64,000 nucleotides of DNA. Origin: Parcubacteria group bacterium (lineage in GTDB: Bacteria > Patescibacteriota > Patescibacteriia > UBA9934 > GWF2-40-263). Every line of letters starts with the position of its first letter. Within the stretch, counting starts at the first letter, position 1. The notes below the pieces were generated by a model. It was not told the origin of the DNA. It ran no database searches and saw only the letters and a program-made list of their open reading frames with translations. The stretch lies in the NCBI GenBank assembly GCA_013204395.1, contig JABMNZ010000026.1, positions 13,421 to 77,420 of the forward strand. Direction: 5' to 3'. Positions 47,772 to 58,138 of the stretch are shown piece after piece. A program made the translations under genes and the position numbers.

Positions 47772-48419
47772 ATGGGACAGAAGGTACATCCAAAAGCTTT
47801 CAGACTTGGCATCATCCGTGGATGGGACGGAGTTTGGTTTGCAAACAAAAAGAACTTTCAAAACTTACTTAAAGAGGATGTTGCCCTACGCTCGTTCTTG
47901 AAGAAAAAACTTAAGGACGCACTTGTTGATCGGATCGCGATTGAACGCTCACGTCAGGAGGTTAGACTAATCGTGCATTCTGCAAAACCAGGTATCATAA
48001 TCGGTCGTGGTGGTGCTGGAATTGAGGATTTGACCAAAGAAATAAAAGCTAAGTTCTTTCCAGGACGTCGCACAAAGTTGAGTGTTAATGTAAAGGAGCT
48101 CCAAAAACCCTCTCTTTCAGCTGAAGTGGTTGCTCAACAGATCGTTGCTGATATTGAGAAACGCATGCCATTTAGACGTGTTATGAAGATGTCTCGGGAA
48201 CGTGTCATGAAAGCAAGTGCCGAAGGAGTTAAGATCAGTGTTGCCGGCCGATTAAATGGAGCAGATATTGCTCGCACTGAAACAATTTCCCAGGGCAAGA
48301 TTCCGTTGCACAATCTTCGTTCAGACATCGACTATGCATCAGTGCCTGCACGTACAATTTTTGGGGCAATTGGTGTGAAGGTGTGGATAAATCGTGGTGA
48401 AGTCTTTGAGAATAACTAA
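47772..48419 (+). CDS. rpsC: 30S ribosomal protein S3
   Basis: [23 protein letters not shown]. Confidence 0.98.
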   Translation: MGQKVHPKAFRLGIIRGWDGVWFANKKNFQNLLKEDVALRSFLKKKLKDALVDRIAIERSRQEVRLIVHSAKPGIIIGRGGAGIEDLTKEIKAKFFPGRRTKLSVNVKELQKPSLSAEVVAQQIVADIEKRMPFRRVMKMSRERVMKASAEGVKISVAGRLNGADIARTETISQGKIPLHNLRSDIDYASVPARTIFGAIGVKVWINRGEVFENN

Positions 48420-48427
48420 ACAGACGT

Positions 48428-48847
48428 ATGTTGATTCCAAAGAAACTAAAACATCGAAAATGGCATAAGGGACGTGGACGTGGAAAGCGTATTGCTTCAC
48501 GGACCACAACCATTGCATTTGGAACGATCGGATTAAAAGCAACCACCGAGGCGTGGGTGACTTCCCGTCAGATTGAAGCTGCTCGTCGTGCGATGACTCG
48601 TGCGGTAAAACGTGGTGGTAAAATCTGGATTCGCATCTTCCCAAGCAAGCCTGTTACATCCAAGGGTTCTGAAATGCCTATGGGAAAAGGTAAGGGTGCC
48701 GTTGATCACTATGTCCGAGTTGTTCGACCTGGTACTGTATTGTTTGAAATGGCTGGTGTAGATGAAGAGCTTGCAAGAAAGGCTTTGACTCTCGCGGCTC
48801 ATAAATTGCCAGTCAAGTGGAAGATTGTTACTCGAGACATGATGTAA
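48428..48847 (+). CDS. rplP: 50S ribosomal protein L16
   Basis: [22 protein letters not shown]. Confidence 0.98.
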   Translation: MLIPKKLKHRKWHKGRGRGKRIASRTTTIAFGTIGLKATTEAWVTSRQIEAARRAMTRAVKRGGKIWIRIFPSKPVTSKGSEMPMGKGKGAVDHYVRVVRPGTVLFEMAGVDEELARKALTLAAHKLPVKWKIVTRDMM

Positions 48848-49056
48848 TGCTTATGACAGCTCAAACTTTAAAAGACAAAACAGTGATGGCTCTTGAGAAA
48901 GAGCTTGATGAAGCAATGAATCACATTAAGGAGCTTCGTTTCAAAATTTCAGCAAATCAGCTGAAGAATGTGCGTGACGTACGAAAGACTCGTCAGGTTA
49001 TCGCACAGATTCGAACAGCTCTTGCGGAAAAGAAAACTGAGAAAGAACAAACATAA
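48847..49056 (+). CDS. rpmC: 50S ribosomal protein L29
   Basis: ELRF...QLKN...RK.IAQIRT; position in operon. Confidence 0.92.
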   Translation: MLMTAQTLKDKTVMALEKELDEAMNHIKELRFKISANQLKNVRDVRKTRQVIAQIRTALAEKKTEKEQT

Positions 49057-49060
49057 TTGT

Positions 49061-49309
49061 ATGACCACTGAAACAATTCAACGCAAACTTACTGGCACTG
49101 TCGTCTCAACAAAGATGGACAAGACGCTTGTGGTACGTGTAGAACGCACTGTCATACACTCAAAGTATCAAAAACGTTATGTTCAAAGCCGTAAATATCA
49201 CGTCCATGATGAGAATAATGCTTATCAGGTTGGTGAAACGGTTACGTTCCTTCAGTGTCGTCCTTATTCAAAGACTAAGTGCTGGAGAGTGCTAGCCAAG
49301 AAAGCATAG
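49061..49309 (+). CDS. rpsQ: 30S ribosomal protein S17
   Basis: [22 protein letters not shown]. Confidence 0.97.
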   Translation: MTTETIQRKLTGTVVSTKMDKTLVVRVERTVIHSKYQKRYVQSRKYHVHDENNAYQVGETVTFLQCRPYSKTKCWRVLAKKA

Positions 49310-49313
49310 TTGT

Positions 49314-49685
49314 ATGGTGCAAAATCTATCAATGCTACAGGTCGCAGATAATAGTGGGGCTAAAAGGCTCATGGTTATTCGTGTTCTTGGAGGGTACAAG
49401 AAGAGATATGCAGGCATAGGGGATATTATCACCGCGACAGTGAAAGAGGCGATTCCCCATGGCAATATCAAAAAAAGTGATATTGTCACAGCTGTGGTTG
49501 TTCGAACAAGAAAAGAAACTCGTAGGAAGAATGGTACGTACATTCGTTTTGATGAGAACGCAGCGGTAATTATTGATAAGAAAACGAAAGAACCTAAAGG
49601 AACGCGCATTTTCGGGCCTATTGCTCGCGAGCTTCGTTCTCTAGGTTATAAAAAGATCATTTCTTTGGCCCCAGAGGTCCTTTAG
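49314..49685 (+). CDS. rplN: 50S ribosomal protein L14
   Basis: VADNSGA, GTRIFGP, SLAPEVL. Confidence 0.98.
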   Translation: MVQNLSMLQVADNSGAKRLMVIRVLGGYKKRYAGIGDIITATVKEAIPHGNIKKSDIVTAVVVRTRKETRRKNGTYIRFDENAAVIIDKKTKEPKGTRIFGPIARELRSLGYKKIISLAPEVL

Positions 49686-49689
49686 TTGT

Positions 49690-50013
49690 ATGAAGATTAA
49701 AACTGGTGACAACGTCCGAGTTCTCTCGGGAAAAGACAAGGGAAAGCAAGGGAAGGTTCTTCAGGTGTTTCCTGAACTGAGCCGTCTTGTTGTTGATGAA
49801 GTAAACATGATGACAAAACATCTTCGTAAGCAAGGAGATCGCCCAGGTCAGAAGATTCAGTTTCCGGCTCCACTTCATATTTCAAATGTTCAACTAGTAT
49901 CATCAAAGAGTGGTATATCTGGACGTGTTGGGTATAAGATGATTGAAAAGGATGGTGCAAAAACGAAAATCCGTGTAATTCGATCGAAGGGTCAATCAGA
50001 AGATATTGAATAA
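49690..50013 (+). CDS. rplX: 50S ribosomal protein L24
   Basis: GDNVRVLSGKDKGK, HISNV. Confidence 0.97.
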   Translation: MKIKTGDNVRVLSGKDKGKQGKVLQVFPELSRLVVDEVNMMTKHLRKQGDRPGQKIQFPAPLHISNVQLVSSKSGISGRVGYKMIEKDGAKTKIRVIRSKGQSEDIE

Positions 50014-50017
50014 TCTT

Positions 50018-50560
50018 ATGGCATTTAAAGCATTTTACAACCAAGAGGTGATCCCTAAGCTCCGTGAGGAATTCGGTTTCAAAAACCCAAATGCCGTACC
50101 GACTGTTAAGTCAATTGTATTGAATGTGGGTCTTGGTTCTGGCCTAAAAGATTCCAAGTTCATTGAAACGGTTGAAAATACTCTGACTCGAATTTCTGGA
50201 CAAAAACCAGTAAATACCAAGGCTAGAAAATCGATTGCTGGCTTTAAGATTCGTGAGGGGAATGTTGTTGGAATGAAAGTGACATTGAGGGGTGCACGTA
50301 TGTGGGATTTTCTCGAAAAACTTATAAAGGTCTCCTTACCACGCGTTCGAGACTTCCGTGGTTTGTCGGGTCAGTCATTTGATGGGCAAGGAAATTACTC
50401 AATGGGTTTAAAAGAACACATCGCGTTTCCGGAAATTCGAAGTGATGAGATTGAGCAGATTCACGGCGTACAAGTCACCATATCAACATCGTCAGAGAAT
50501 GATGATCAAGCTCGGTCCCTCCTCACTCATCTCGGTCTTCCACTGAAAAAGCAGGAATAA
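50018..50560 (+). CDS. rplE: 50S ribosomal protein L5
   Basis: GQKP, FKIREG, LPRVRDFRG. Confidence 0.97.
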   Translation: MAFKAFYNQEVIPKLREEFGFKNPNAVPTVKSIVLNVGLGSGLKDSKFIETVENTLTRISGQKPVNTKARKSIAGFKIREGNVVGMKVTLRGARMWDFLEKLIKVSLPRVRDFRGLSGQSFDGQGNYSMGLKEHIAFPEIRSDEIEQIHGVQVTISTSSENDDQARSLLTHLGLPLKKQE

Positions 50561-50563
50561 CCT

Positions 50564-50749
50564 ATGGCAACTGAAAACCAAATTGCTAAATCAAAAAAGA
50601 CACCAAAGTTTTCATCGAGAACGGTGAATCGTTGCTGGTGTTGCGGACGGAAACGTGGGTACATGCGGGCCTTCGGTCTTTGTAGAATCTGTTTCCGTGA
50701 GCTTGCAAACCGAGGAGAAATTCCAGGTGTAAGAAAATCAAGCTGGTAG
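50564..50749 (+). CDS. rpsZ: 30S ribosomal protein S14, zinc-binding type Z
   Basis: RCxxCGR...LCRICFRE, 61 aa. Confidence 0.95.
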   Translation: MATENQIAKSKKTPKFSSRTVNRCWCCGRKRGYMRAFGLCRICFRELANRGEIPGVRKSSW

Positions 50750-50750
50750 T

Positions 50751-51143
50751 ATGATGACTGATCCAATTTCAGACATGTTGACACGCATTCGTAATGCGCA
50801 GATGGTCCATAAATCTGACGTGTCTTTGCCATACTCAAAAATGAAGTTCGCCATTGCAAAGCTTTTGCAAAAAGAAGGATACGTAGGGAAAGTCGATCGT
50901 ATCGAGGTGGCTAAATTTTCTGAGTTGCATATTCAACTTAACTACAACGATCGTGCTCCAAAAATCCAGTCTATTAGACGGGTGAGTAAACCTGGTCGTC
51001 GCGTATACGCGAAGTTTTCTGAACTTCCTCGTGTACTTTCTGATTACGGAATTGCTATCATTTCGACACCAAACGGTATAATGACCAATAAAGAAGCTCG
51101 AGCCCGACATCTTGGGGGAGAGGTTATTTGCGAGATTTCATAG
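50751..51143 (+). CDS. rpsH: 30S ribosomal protein S8
   Basis: DPISDMLTRIRN, SKPGRRVY, GGEVIC. Confidence 0.98.
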   Translation: MMTDPISDMLTRIRNAQMVHKSDVSLPYSKMKFAIAKLLQKEGYVGKVDRIEVAKFSELHIQLNYNDRAPKIQSIRRVSKPGRRVYAKFSELPRVLSDYGIAIISTPNGIMTNKEARARHLGGEVICEIS

Positions 51144-51145
51144 AT

Positions 51146-51703
51146 ATGTCACGTGTTGGAAAAAAACTAGTGGTTATCCCAAATGGCGTTGATGTCACAG
51201 TTGATGGCAATGTCGTTACGGTGAAAGGCCCAAAAGGACAGTTATTTGAGAACCTCAACGAGGCTGTATCAATTTCTCTTTCTGATATTGATGGAGTAAA
51301 AGCGGTTAATGTTACGGTTACAAATGAGACTGACAAGAATGAGCGTTCTCAGTGGGGAACGGCTCGTGCATTAATATCCAATATGGTAGTTGGTGTGACT
51401 GACGGGTTCTCAAAACAATTGGAGGTGAATGGTGTTGGGTATCGTGTAAACTTATCTGGACGTGCTGTTGTTCTGAACGTTGGATACTCACACGAGGTTC
51501 CTTATCAGCTTCCAGATGGAATTGAAGCGTCAGTAGAGGGGAATCTTATAACCATTTCTGGTGCAAGCAAACACATGGTTGGTGAAGTTGCTGACAACAT
51601 TCGGAAGGTTCGAAAGCCAGAGCCATACAAGGGCAAAGGTATTAAATATGTCGATGAGATTATCCGTCGTAAGGCTGGTAAAACTCAGAAGGCTGGTGAA
51701 TAG
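51146..51703 (+). CDS. rplF: 50S ribosomal protein L6
   Basis: MSRVGK, PEPYKGKGIKY. Confidence 0.98.
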   Translation: MSRVGKKLVVIPNGVDVTVDGNVVTVKGPKGQLFENLNEAVSISLSDIDGVKAVNVTVTNETDKNERSQWGTARALISNMVVGVTDGFSKQLEVNGVGYRVNLSGRAVVLNVGYSHEVPYQLPDGIEASVEGNLITISGASKHMVGEVADNIRKVRKPEPYKGKGIKYVDEIIRRKAGKTQKAGE

Positions 51704-51706
51704 TCT

Positions 51707-52057
51707 ATGAATTCCTCTACAAAACAAAATGCTGCAAAACGTCGGGCACATCGAACACGTGCCCGTCTACATGGGACAAGTGAACGACCACGTTTAACCG
51801 TGAAGCGTTCTCTTAAGCATGTGTATGCTCAACTTATCGATGACGATAAGGGTGTGACCATTGTCTCTGCTTCAGATAAAGATATCGCCACTAAAGGTAA
51901 ACCTCTTGAAGTTGCTCAGGCGGTGGGGGTATTAATTGCAGAAAAGGCAAAGGTCGCAGGGTTAACTGCAGCCATTTTTGATAGAGGGAGTTATCGGTAT
52001 CATGGTCGTGTGGCTGCGATTGCTGACGGCGCTCGTGAAGCAGGGTTGAAAATCTAA
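51707..52057 (+). CDS. rplR: 50S ribosomal protein L18
   Basis: RPRL, YAQLIDD, FDRG..YHGRV. Confidence 0.97.
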   Translation: MNSSTKQNAAKRRAHRTRARLHGTSERPRLTVKRSLKHVYAQLIDDDKGVTIVSASDKDIATKGKPLEVAQAVGVLIAEKAKVAGLTAAIFDRGSYRYHGRVAAIADGAREAGLKI

Positions 52058-52061
52058 ACGT

Positions 52062-52703
52062 ATGGCTGAAACAACAAGAACAACTTACAAAAAGCCAGGG
52101 GATAACACGAATAATTCTTCTGGTGGAAACGATCGAAATCGTGGCCGAGGCCGTGGTCGTGGTAAACGTCCAGAAAGAGCTCCACAAGAATTTGAGCAGA
52201 AAATTCTTGATCTTGCTCGTGTGACTCGAGTTACCGCTGGTGGAAAGCGTATGTCTTTCCGTTGCGCACTCGTGATCGGTGATAAAAAGGGGCGAGTTGG
52301 ATTTGGTGTGGCAAAGGGTGCCGACGTGCAGATTGCTATTGAAAAAGCTTTCAAACAGGCAAAAAAGAATGTTATTACAGTTCCAATTATTGATGAGACC
52401 ATTCCTCATTTAGTCTGGGTGAAATACGGTTCAGCTTTGGTAATGTTAAAACCAGCTCCTGCTGGTACTGGACTTAAGGCTGGTGGCGCTATGCGTATGG
52501 TGCTGGAGTTTGCCGGAGTTCCAAATGCTGTTTCAAAAATTGTAAACTCATCAAATAAAATAAACATTGCTAAGGCCACGCTTGAGGGCATCCGACAGAT
52601 GCGAGTCATTGAGAGACCTGCTAAGAAGCAGGCGCCAGCGACTCCAGACGCGTCAGCGGAAAAAGTGGAAGCAGTGGTTGTTGATAAGGAAACCACAAAA
52701 TAA
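52062..52703 (+). CDS. rpsE: 30S ribosomal protein S5
   Basis: RVTRVTAGGKR, PAPAGTG. Confidence 0.97.
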   Translation: MAETTRTTYKKPGDNTNNSSGGNDRNRGRGRGRGKRPERAPQEFEQKILDLARVTRVTAGGKRMSFRCALVIGDKKGRVGFGVAKGADVQIAIEKAFKQAKKNVITVPIIDETIPHLVWVKYGSALVMLKPAPAGTGLKAGGAMRMVLEFAGVPNAVSKIVNSSNKINIAKATLEGIRQMRVIERPAKKQAPATPDASAEKVEAVVVDKETTK

Positions 52704-52708
52704 TTGAT

Positions 52709-53155
52709 ATGCCACTTACTCTAAATACAATCTCGCCAAAGAAAGGCTCACGTAAATCCAAAAAACGTATTGGACGTGGTTTAGGTTCAACAGGTCGTTA
52801 TAGTGGACGTGGTATCAAAGGACAGCGTTCCCGTTCTGGTGGAAAATCTGGTCTTGCCTTGAAGGGTCTCCGTCAAGTCATGTTGGCCACACCAAAGCAA
52901 AAAGGATTCAAGAGCGGACGTCCTAAGGCTCAAGTTGTTAATGTTTCTGCTTTGAATAAAGCATTTAAAGGTGGGGTGAAAGTGACACCAAAGCTTCTTG
53001 TGCAAAAAGGACTTATTTCAAATATCACAGATCCTGTAAAGATTCTCGGTACAGGTTCAATTGCCATTACTATAACAGTCTCAGGTTGCAATGTTTCAGA
53101 GGCCGCTAAGAAGAAGATTGAGGATGCAGGCGGAAGTGTAATTATCTCCAAGTAA
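52709..53155 (+). CDS. rplO: 50S ribosomal protein L15
   Basis: KRIGRG.GS, GRGIKGQRSRSG, KILG.G. Confidence 0.96.
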   Translation: MPLTLNTISPKKGSRKSKKRIGRGLGSTGRYSGRGIKGQRSRSGGKSGLALKGLRQVMLATPKQKGFKSGRPKAQVVNVSALNKAFKGGVKVTPKLLVQKGLISNITDPVKILGTGSIAITITVSGCNVSEAAKKKIEDAGGSVIISK

Positions 53156-53164
53156 TCATTCGTT

Positions 53165-54427
53165 ATGAACACGCTCCTTCGCATTTGGAAAGTGAAAGAG
53201 GTGCGCAACAGCATTCTCTTCATTATTGCCATGCTCATTCTTTTTAGAATCACGGCACATATTCCTGTTCCTGGTGTAGATGCGAGTGTGCTCAAAGATA
53301 TTTTTGGTGATAATCAATTCTTTGGTCTCCTTAACATCTTTTCAGGTGGAACCCTTGAGAGCTTCTCGGTGGTGGCTATGGGGGTCATGCCGTACATTAC
53401 AGCCTCGATCATTTTTCAGCTTCTTGGCATGATTGTCCCCCAGATTGAGGAAATGCAGAAAGAAGAACAGGGACGCCAGAAGATAAATCAGTGGACTCGA
53501 TTAGCAACAATTCCATTGTCTGCCGTACAGGCTTATGGTCTCATTTTACTTCTTTCTCAGCAGGGAAGCTTTTTTACAAGTTCAAGTGGGTGGATGACAT
53601 TATTTGCCATCGTGAGCATGACCACAGGTACGGTTTTCCTCATGTGGATTGGAGAGCTAATTTCAGAAAAAAACATTGGAAACGGAATTTCGATTCTGAT
53701 CCTAGCTGGTATTATTGCTGGACTTCCAACTTTCTTGAGCCAGTCCCTTTCAATTTACGATCGTAGTCAGCTCGTCACTTTGATTCTGTTTGTTGCAGCA
53801 TCAATTATAACTGTTGTGAGTATCGTGATTATGAACGAGGCTCAGCGCAATATACCTGTTCAGTATGCAAGGCACATGCGAGGATCACGACTCTCTGGGT
53901 CTGTGAGTTCTCACATTCCACTTCGTCTGAACATGGGTGGTGTGATTCCAATCATTTTCGCCATTTCCATAGTCTTGTTCCCAACCATGATTGCTCAGTT
54001 TTTCATCAATGCACGAACAGTGTGGTTGCGTGAGGTTGCGACATGGACACTTCAAATTTTTCAGAACCAACTATTCTACGGAATTATCTACTTCGTTCTT
54101 GTATTCACATTCGCATATTTCTATACGGCCGTAATTTTTCATCCAGATCAAGTGGCTGAAAATATCCAGAAGCAAGGAGGATTTATTCCTGGTATTCGAC
54201 CTGGGAAACAGACATCTGATTATCTAGGTTGGGTCGTAAACCGTTTACTCTTTGTTGGTGCCAGCTTCCTGTCATTAGTTGCTGTTCTTCCACTTATAGT
54301 TCAACAGTTTACTGGTAATGCCAGTTTAGTTATTGGTGGCACATCAATTCTGATCATTGTTGCTGTTGTGATTGACTCTGTAAGACAGGTTGAGGCACAG
54401 CTTACGATGCGTGAGTACGATGCCTAG
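53165..54427 (+). CDS. secY: Preprotein translocase SecY
   Basis: PYITASII, GIGNGIS-like, GVIPIIFA, FIPGIRPG, GGTSILI. Confidence 0.98.
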   Translation: MNTLLRIWKVKEVRNSILFIIAMLILFRITAHIPVPGVDASVLKDIFGDNQFFGLLNIFSGGTLESFSVVAMGVMPYITASIIFQLLGMIVPQIEEMQKEEQGRQKINQWTRLATIPLSAVQAYGLILLLSQQGSFFTSSSGWMTLFAIVSMTTGTVFLMWIGELISEKNIGNGISILILAGIIAGLPTFLSQSLSIYDRSQLVTLILFVAASIITVVSIVIMNEAQRNIPVQYARHMRGSRLSGSVSSHIPLRLNMGGVIPIIFAISIVLFPTMIAQFFINARTVWLREVATWTLQIFQNQLFYGIIYFVLVFTFAYFYTAVIFHPDQVAENIQKQGGFIPGIRPGKQTSDYLGWVVNRLLFVGASFLSLVAVLPLIVQQFTGNASLVIGGTSILIIVAVVIDSVRQVEAQLTMREYDA

Positions 54428-54519
54428 GGACTTAATAGAAATATCTCATCAAAGAATCCGTCACTTGGCGGATTTTTGAATACTCGACGCCCTGACGAAT
54501 TTTGCTATACTGGGCCCAT

Positions 54520-55137
54520 ATGATGCATAAAATATTACTTATGGGTCCGCAGGGAAGCGGAAAAGGAACAGAGGCAGAAATCTTCTCAGAAAGACTTAAT
54601 ATCCCGGCGTTTGGAATGGGACAGCTTATTCGAGATGAAATTGTCACAGGATCAGATTTTGGTAAGAAAATGGAAGAGATCATTTTGCGTGGAGAGCTTG
54701 TCTCAGATGAGAACGCCGCGCATCTGCTGAAACTTCGACTTGCAAAACCCGATACTGAAAACGGATACATTCTTGATGGATATCCTCGTAACATCTCCCA
54801 ATACAATGCCTTTGATTTTGACACGCCCACACACGTTCTTGTGATAGACATACCGCGCGACGAGTCGCTTAAGCGTCTTAGTGGCCGGCTTACCTGTAAA
54901 GGTTGTGGCAGGGTCGGGGCAGTGAGTGGTGATCTAAAGGCTGGTGATCTTTGTGGGTGTGGAGGGGAGTGGTACCAACGGGACGATGACACACCAGAGG
55001 CAATAACTCGTCGACTAGAGATTTATAAAAATGATACTGCACCTGTTATTGAAAAATATGGAGATCTTGTGAAGATGATAGATGGGGTTGGTAGTATTGA
55101 AGTGGTAACAGATCGGATTGAAAAAGTACTAGCGTAA
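54520..55137 (+). CDS. adk: Adenylate kinase
   Basis: GPQGSGKGT, LDGYPRN, CxxC LID, QRDDD. Confidence 0.93.
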   Translation: MMHKILLMGPQGSGKGTEAEIFSERLNIPAFGMGQLIRDEIVTGSDFGKKMEEIILRGELVSDENAAHLLKLRLAKPDTENGYILDGYPRNISQYNAFDFDTPTHVLVIDIPRDESLKRLSGRLTCKGCGRVGAVSGDLKAGDLCGCGGEWYQRDDDTPEAITRRLEIYKNDTAPVIEKYGDLVKMIDGVGSIEVVTDRIEKVLA

Positions 55138-55139
55138 TT

Positions 55140-55922
55140 ATGGCTTTGACTAAAACAACCGAAGAAATTGATTCAATGAGACGTGGCGGAGCTTTGCTTT
55201 CAAAAGCATTGGGAGCGGCCGTGGCTTTGGTAGCTCCCGGTGTGAGATTGAGAGAGCTCGATGCTGCTGCAGAGAAAGTTATCCTAGATGGTGGCGGACA
55301 ACCTTCATTTAAGGGGTATAAGGGTCATCCAGATGATACTCCGTTTCCAAGCACTGTTTGTATTTCTGTTGATGAAGAAATTGTTCACGGTTTAGGAAAT
55401 CGAGATCGTGTACTTGTAGAGGGAGAAATTGTTGGTTTAGATATTGGTCTATGGCTTGAAGGACTTTGCACAGACATGGCCATCACTGTACCTGTTGGAA
55501 AAGTGAATCAAGCACTGATCGACCTGATGCAAGTTACACGCGATTCATTAATGAAGGGGGTCGAGGCTGCACGTGTTGGTTCTGCCATTAAGGATATTAG
55601 TAGGGCCATTGAAGAGCATGTTAAGCCGCATGAGTATGGAATTGTACGCGCCCTTGTTGGGCATGGTGTTGGGCATCAGGTACATGAGGCTCCACATGTA
55701 CCAAACTTCGTTTCAAGTAGCTATCCTTATATCGAAATTCAAGAAGGTATGTGCCTCGCACTCGAGCCTATGGTTGGGTTGGGTGGAGACCCGCGTATTG
55801 ATACAGCTGATGACGGTTGGAGTATTCTCATGAGAGACGGCAAGCCAGGTGCACACTTTGAGGTCACGATTGCTATCACGAAAGAAGGTGGGGCAGAAAT
55901 TCTTACTCCGCTGCCTGTATGA
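55140..55922 (+). CDS. map: Methionine aminopeptidase type I
   Basis: CISVDEEIVHG, DMA.T, GHGVG..HE.P, EPM, HFE.T. Confidence 0.96.
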   Translation: MALTKTTEEIDSMRRGGALLSKALGAAVALVAPGVRLRELDAAAEKVILDGGGQPSFKGYKGHPDDTPFPSTVCISVDEEIVHGLGNRDRVLVEGEIVGLDIGLWLEGLCTDMAITVPVGKVNQALIDLMQVTRDSLMKGVEAARVGSAIKDISRAIEEHVKPHEYGIVRALVGHGVGHQVHEAPHVPNFVSSSYPYIEIQEGMCLALEPMVGLGGDPRIDTADDGWSILMRDGKPGAHFEVTIAITKEGGAEILTPLPV

Positions 55923-56311
55923 GAATTTTGGGAATCGACTACGGTGATAAAAAGATAGGTTTGGCTTTCGGGGAAAGCGATGCTCGATTAGCGATACCTT
56001 TAGATGTTGCGCCAAACAAAGGAGAGGAAACTATTCGAATTTTTGCTGAGCGCGCTAAGGTTGATGATATTGATTTGATCGTCGTGGGTGTTCCTCTTTC
56101 TACTGGTGGACATCATGACTCCGAACAACTTAAAAAGACTCGGACTTTTATTGATGCTCTGCGACTGGCAGTTGAGATTCCTGTGGAAGAACAAGACGAA
56201 TCTTTTACAACAGCAGACAGTATTCGTTTACAAGAAGAAGAGGGTGCTACAGCGGATGAGGATGCCCTAGCTGCCATGCTGATTATTAAATCGTATTTTG
56301 ATAGTATTTAA
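55919..56311 (+). CDS. ruvX: YqgF/RuvX pre-16S rRNA nuclease family
   Basis: LGIDYGDKKIGLA, VVGVP, DESFTT, DALAA. Confidence 0.92.
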   Translation: MRILGIDYGDKKIGLAFGESDARLAIPLDVAPNKGEETIRIFAERAKVDDIDLIVVGVPLSTGGHHDSEQLKKTRTFIDALRLAVEIPVEEQDESFTTADSIRLQEEEGATADEDALAAMLIIKSYFDSI

Positions 56312-56319
56312 GAAAGTAT

Positions 56320-56778
56320 ATGACAGCGCACTCTGAAAGATTCAAAGCCATTCCCTCCGTGTACCTGATTTTGCTCAATGATGCAGGAGAGGTGCTGCTG
56401 TTAAAGCGTCAGAACACTGGTTACAAAGATGGGGAGTGGGGATTGCCCGCAGGGCACGTCGATGGCAAAGAGGAGCTTAAGGTTGCTATGGCACGTGAGG
56501 CCAAGGAAGAAGTTGGGATTGATCTTGATCCAGAGTATCTGTCACTTTCACATGTCATGCACCGCAATCATGAAGAGCGCGAAGAAGATGAGCGCATGGA
56601 CTTTTTCTTCACCTCGCGCAAATGGACTGGTGAGATAAGTAACTGTGAGGAACATAAATGTTCGGAACTCATGTGGGCGCCCATGGACAATCTTCCAGAT
56701 GGTGTGATCGACTATTACATTGAGGTCTTCGATAAGATTCGTCAGGGAGAGGTGTACAGTAGTCGTGGGTGGAATTAA
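56320..56778 (+). CDS. Nudix hydrolase
   Basis: R.NTGY.DG..GLPAGHV...AREAKEEVG, N.EEHKC. Confidence 0.9.
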   Translation: MTAHSERFKAIPSVYLILLNDAGEVLLLKRQNTGYKDGEWGLPAGHVDGKEELKVAMAREAKEEVGIDLDPEYLSLSHVMHRNHEEREEDERMDFFFTSRKWTGEISNCEEHKCSELMWAPMDNLPDGVIDYYIEVFDKIRQGEVYSSRGWN

Positions 56779-56795
56779 TAAAGAACTATTTGAAT

Positions 56796-57044
56796 ATGGA
56801 ATCAAGAAACTCACATCGCATGTCAGGAAAAGAAGTGGCCGCACTTTTTGGGCGCGAAGAACTTCTGGCAGAGGAAGCGCGACTAGAAGAGCTGAAAGCT
56901 GAGCTGACTGTGCATGAGGAAAACAAGGAGCTTGACTGGGAGACCTATGAAACAGAGCGCGCACGTCTCCGAGAAGAGGTTCGTGTCCAAGATGGAAAGG
57001 TTCGTGCTGGCAGCAGAGAGTGGGCAAAGAAACGCGCGAGTTAA
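56796..57044 (+). CDS. Small coiled-coil hypothetical protein
   Basis: E/R-rich 82-aa ORF in operon context. Confidence 0.5.
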   Translation: MESRNSHRMSGKEVAALFGREELLAEEARLEELKAELTVHEENKELDWETYETERARLREEVRVQDGKVRAGSREWAKKRAS

Positions 57045-57177
57045 TGGGATGTTGAACTAGAGTATGAAAACAGCCAATGTGGCTGTTTTTTGTTTTGCGC
57101 GTGCACGAATGAAACCATTGACAAAACTATAAAAATATGGAAATATATTGCACGCAACATTGGAATTGGAGACCCAC

Positions 57178-57597
57178 ATGCACATGGCCATCGGGCTGCT
57201 CGCAGTCCTCTATCTCGTCTCGGCGCGCCTGATCGGCCTGCCACTTGCCAAGCTGTCCTGGGACATCTGGGACGGCGTGAAGAGGGATCACCCTCGCGCC
57301 AAGTTCTTCTTCCCCATCTCGGTGAAGTCGAGGTACTTCGGCAACGATTACTTCGCCTGGAGCCTTCTCATGAGCTTCTGGCACGGTGAGTTCAGTGGCA
57401 ATGGGTTCGGGGTCATGAATCCGGGACCTCGTGCTCGGGCGTACTACTTCTTCACCTACGCCATGACCTGGCCCATCGACGTGGCCATCAACGTGACCCT
57501 CATGACGGTCTTCTTCCTATACGGGGTCGCTGCCCGGCTCTGGAACAGCAGCTGCGACCTGCTCTACAAGGGCGTGACAGCAGTCGTTGGGTCCTAG
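57178..57597 (+). CDS. Hypothetical membrane protein (GC-rich singleton)
   Basis: TTGACA promoter at ~57118, GGAG SD, hydrophobic segments, terminator CCCGGTC..GATCGGG-T6. Confidence 0.6.
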   Translation: MHMAIGLLAVLYLVSARLIGLPLAKLSWDIWDGVKRDHPRAKFFFPISVKSRYFGNDYFAWSLLMSFWHGEFSGNGFGVMNPGPRARAYYFFTYAMTWPIDVAINVTLMTVFFLYGVAARLWNSSCDLLYKGVTAVVGS

Positions 57598-57681
57598 TAC
57601 CCACGCTCCCGGTCTTCTGATCGGGTTTTTTCATTGGTATTTTTTTGACGCTCAGATCGAGTGTATATAAGATGCTCTGGT

Positions 57682-58035
57682 ATGTCTGATATCAAAGAAA
57701 TGACCGAGGCAATTCTGAAGTTTCGCAGTGAGCGAGACTGGGAGAAGTTTCATAAGCCCAAGGACTGCGCGATTTCACTTACCCTAGAAGCCGCCGAAGT
57801 GGCCGAGCTTTTTCAGTGGAAGACTGATCAGGAAATGGATGCGATGAAGACAAGCGAAGGCCAAGAAGACCTAGCTGACGAACTCTCAGACGTCATCTGG
57901 TGGGCCCTACTCATGGCACACGACTTTGACATCGACATGAAAGAGGCTTTTATGAGAAAGGTGGAGAAGTCGGGGGAAAAGTATCCGGCGGAGAAGTCTA
58001 AGGGGAATGCGATTAAGTATACGAAGTTGGGGTAG
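57682..58035 (+). CDS. MazG-like nucleotide pyrophosphohydrolase
   Basis: FRSERDW.KFH.PK, EAAEVAELFQW, LADELSD, KYP. Confidence 0.9.
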   Translation: MSDIKEMTEAILKFRSERDWEKFHKPKDCAISLTLEAAEVAELFQWKTDQEMDAMKTSEGQEDLADELSDVIWWALLMAHDFDIDMKEAFMRKVEKSGEKYPAEKSKGNAIKYTKLG

Positions 58036-58138
58036 TAAAAAAGCAGCCGTAATGGCTGTTTTTTGTTTTGACTGGTGGGGTTGAGGGGGCTATTATGAGT
58101 GCATTGATCTCGGCTAAATATGCTGGATTTTTGTTATT

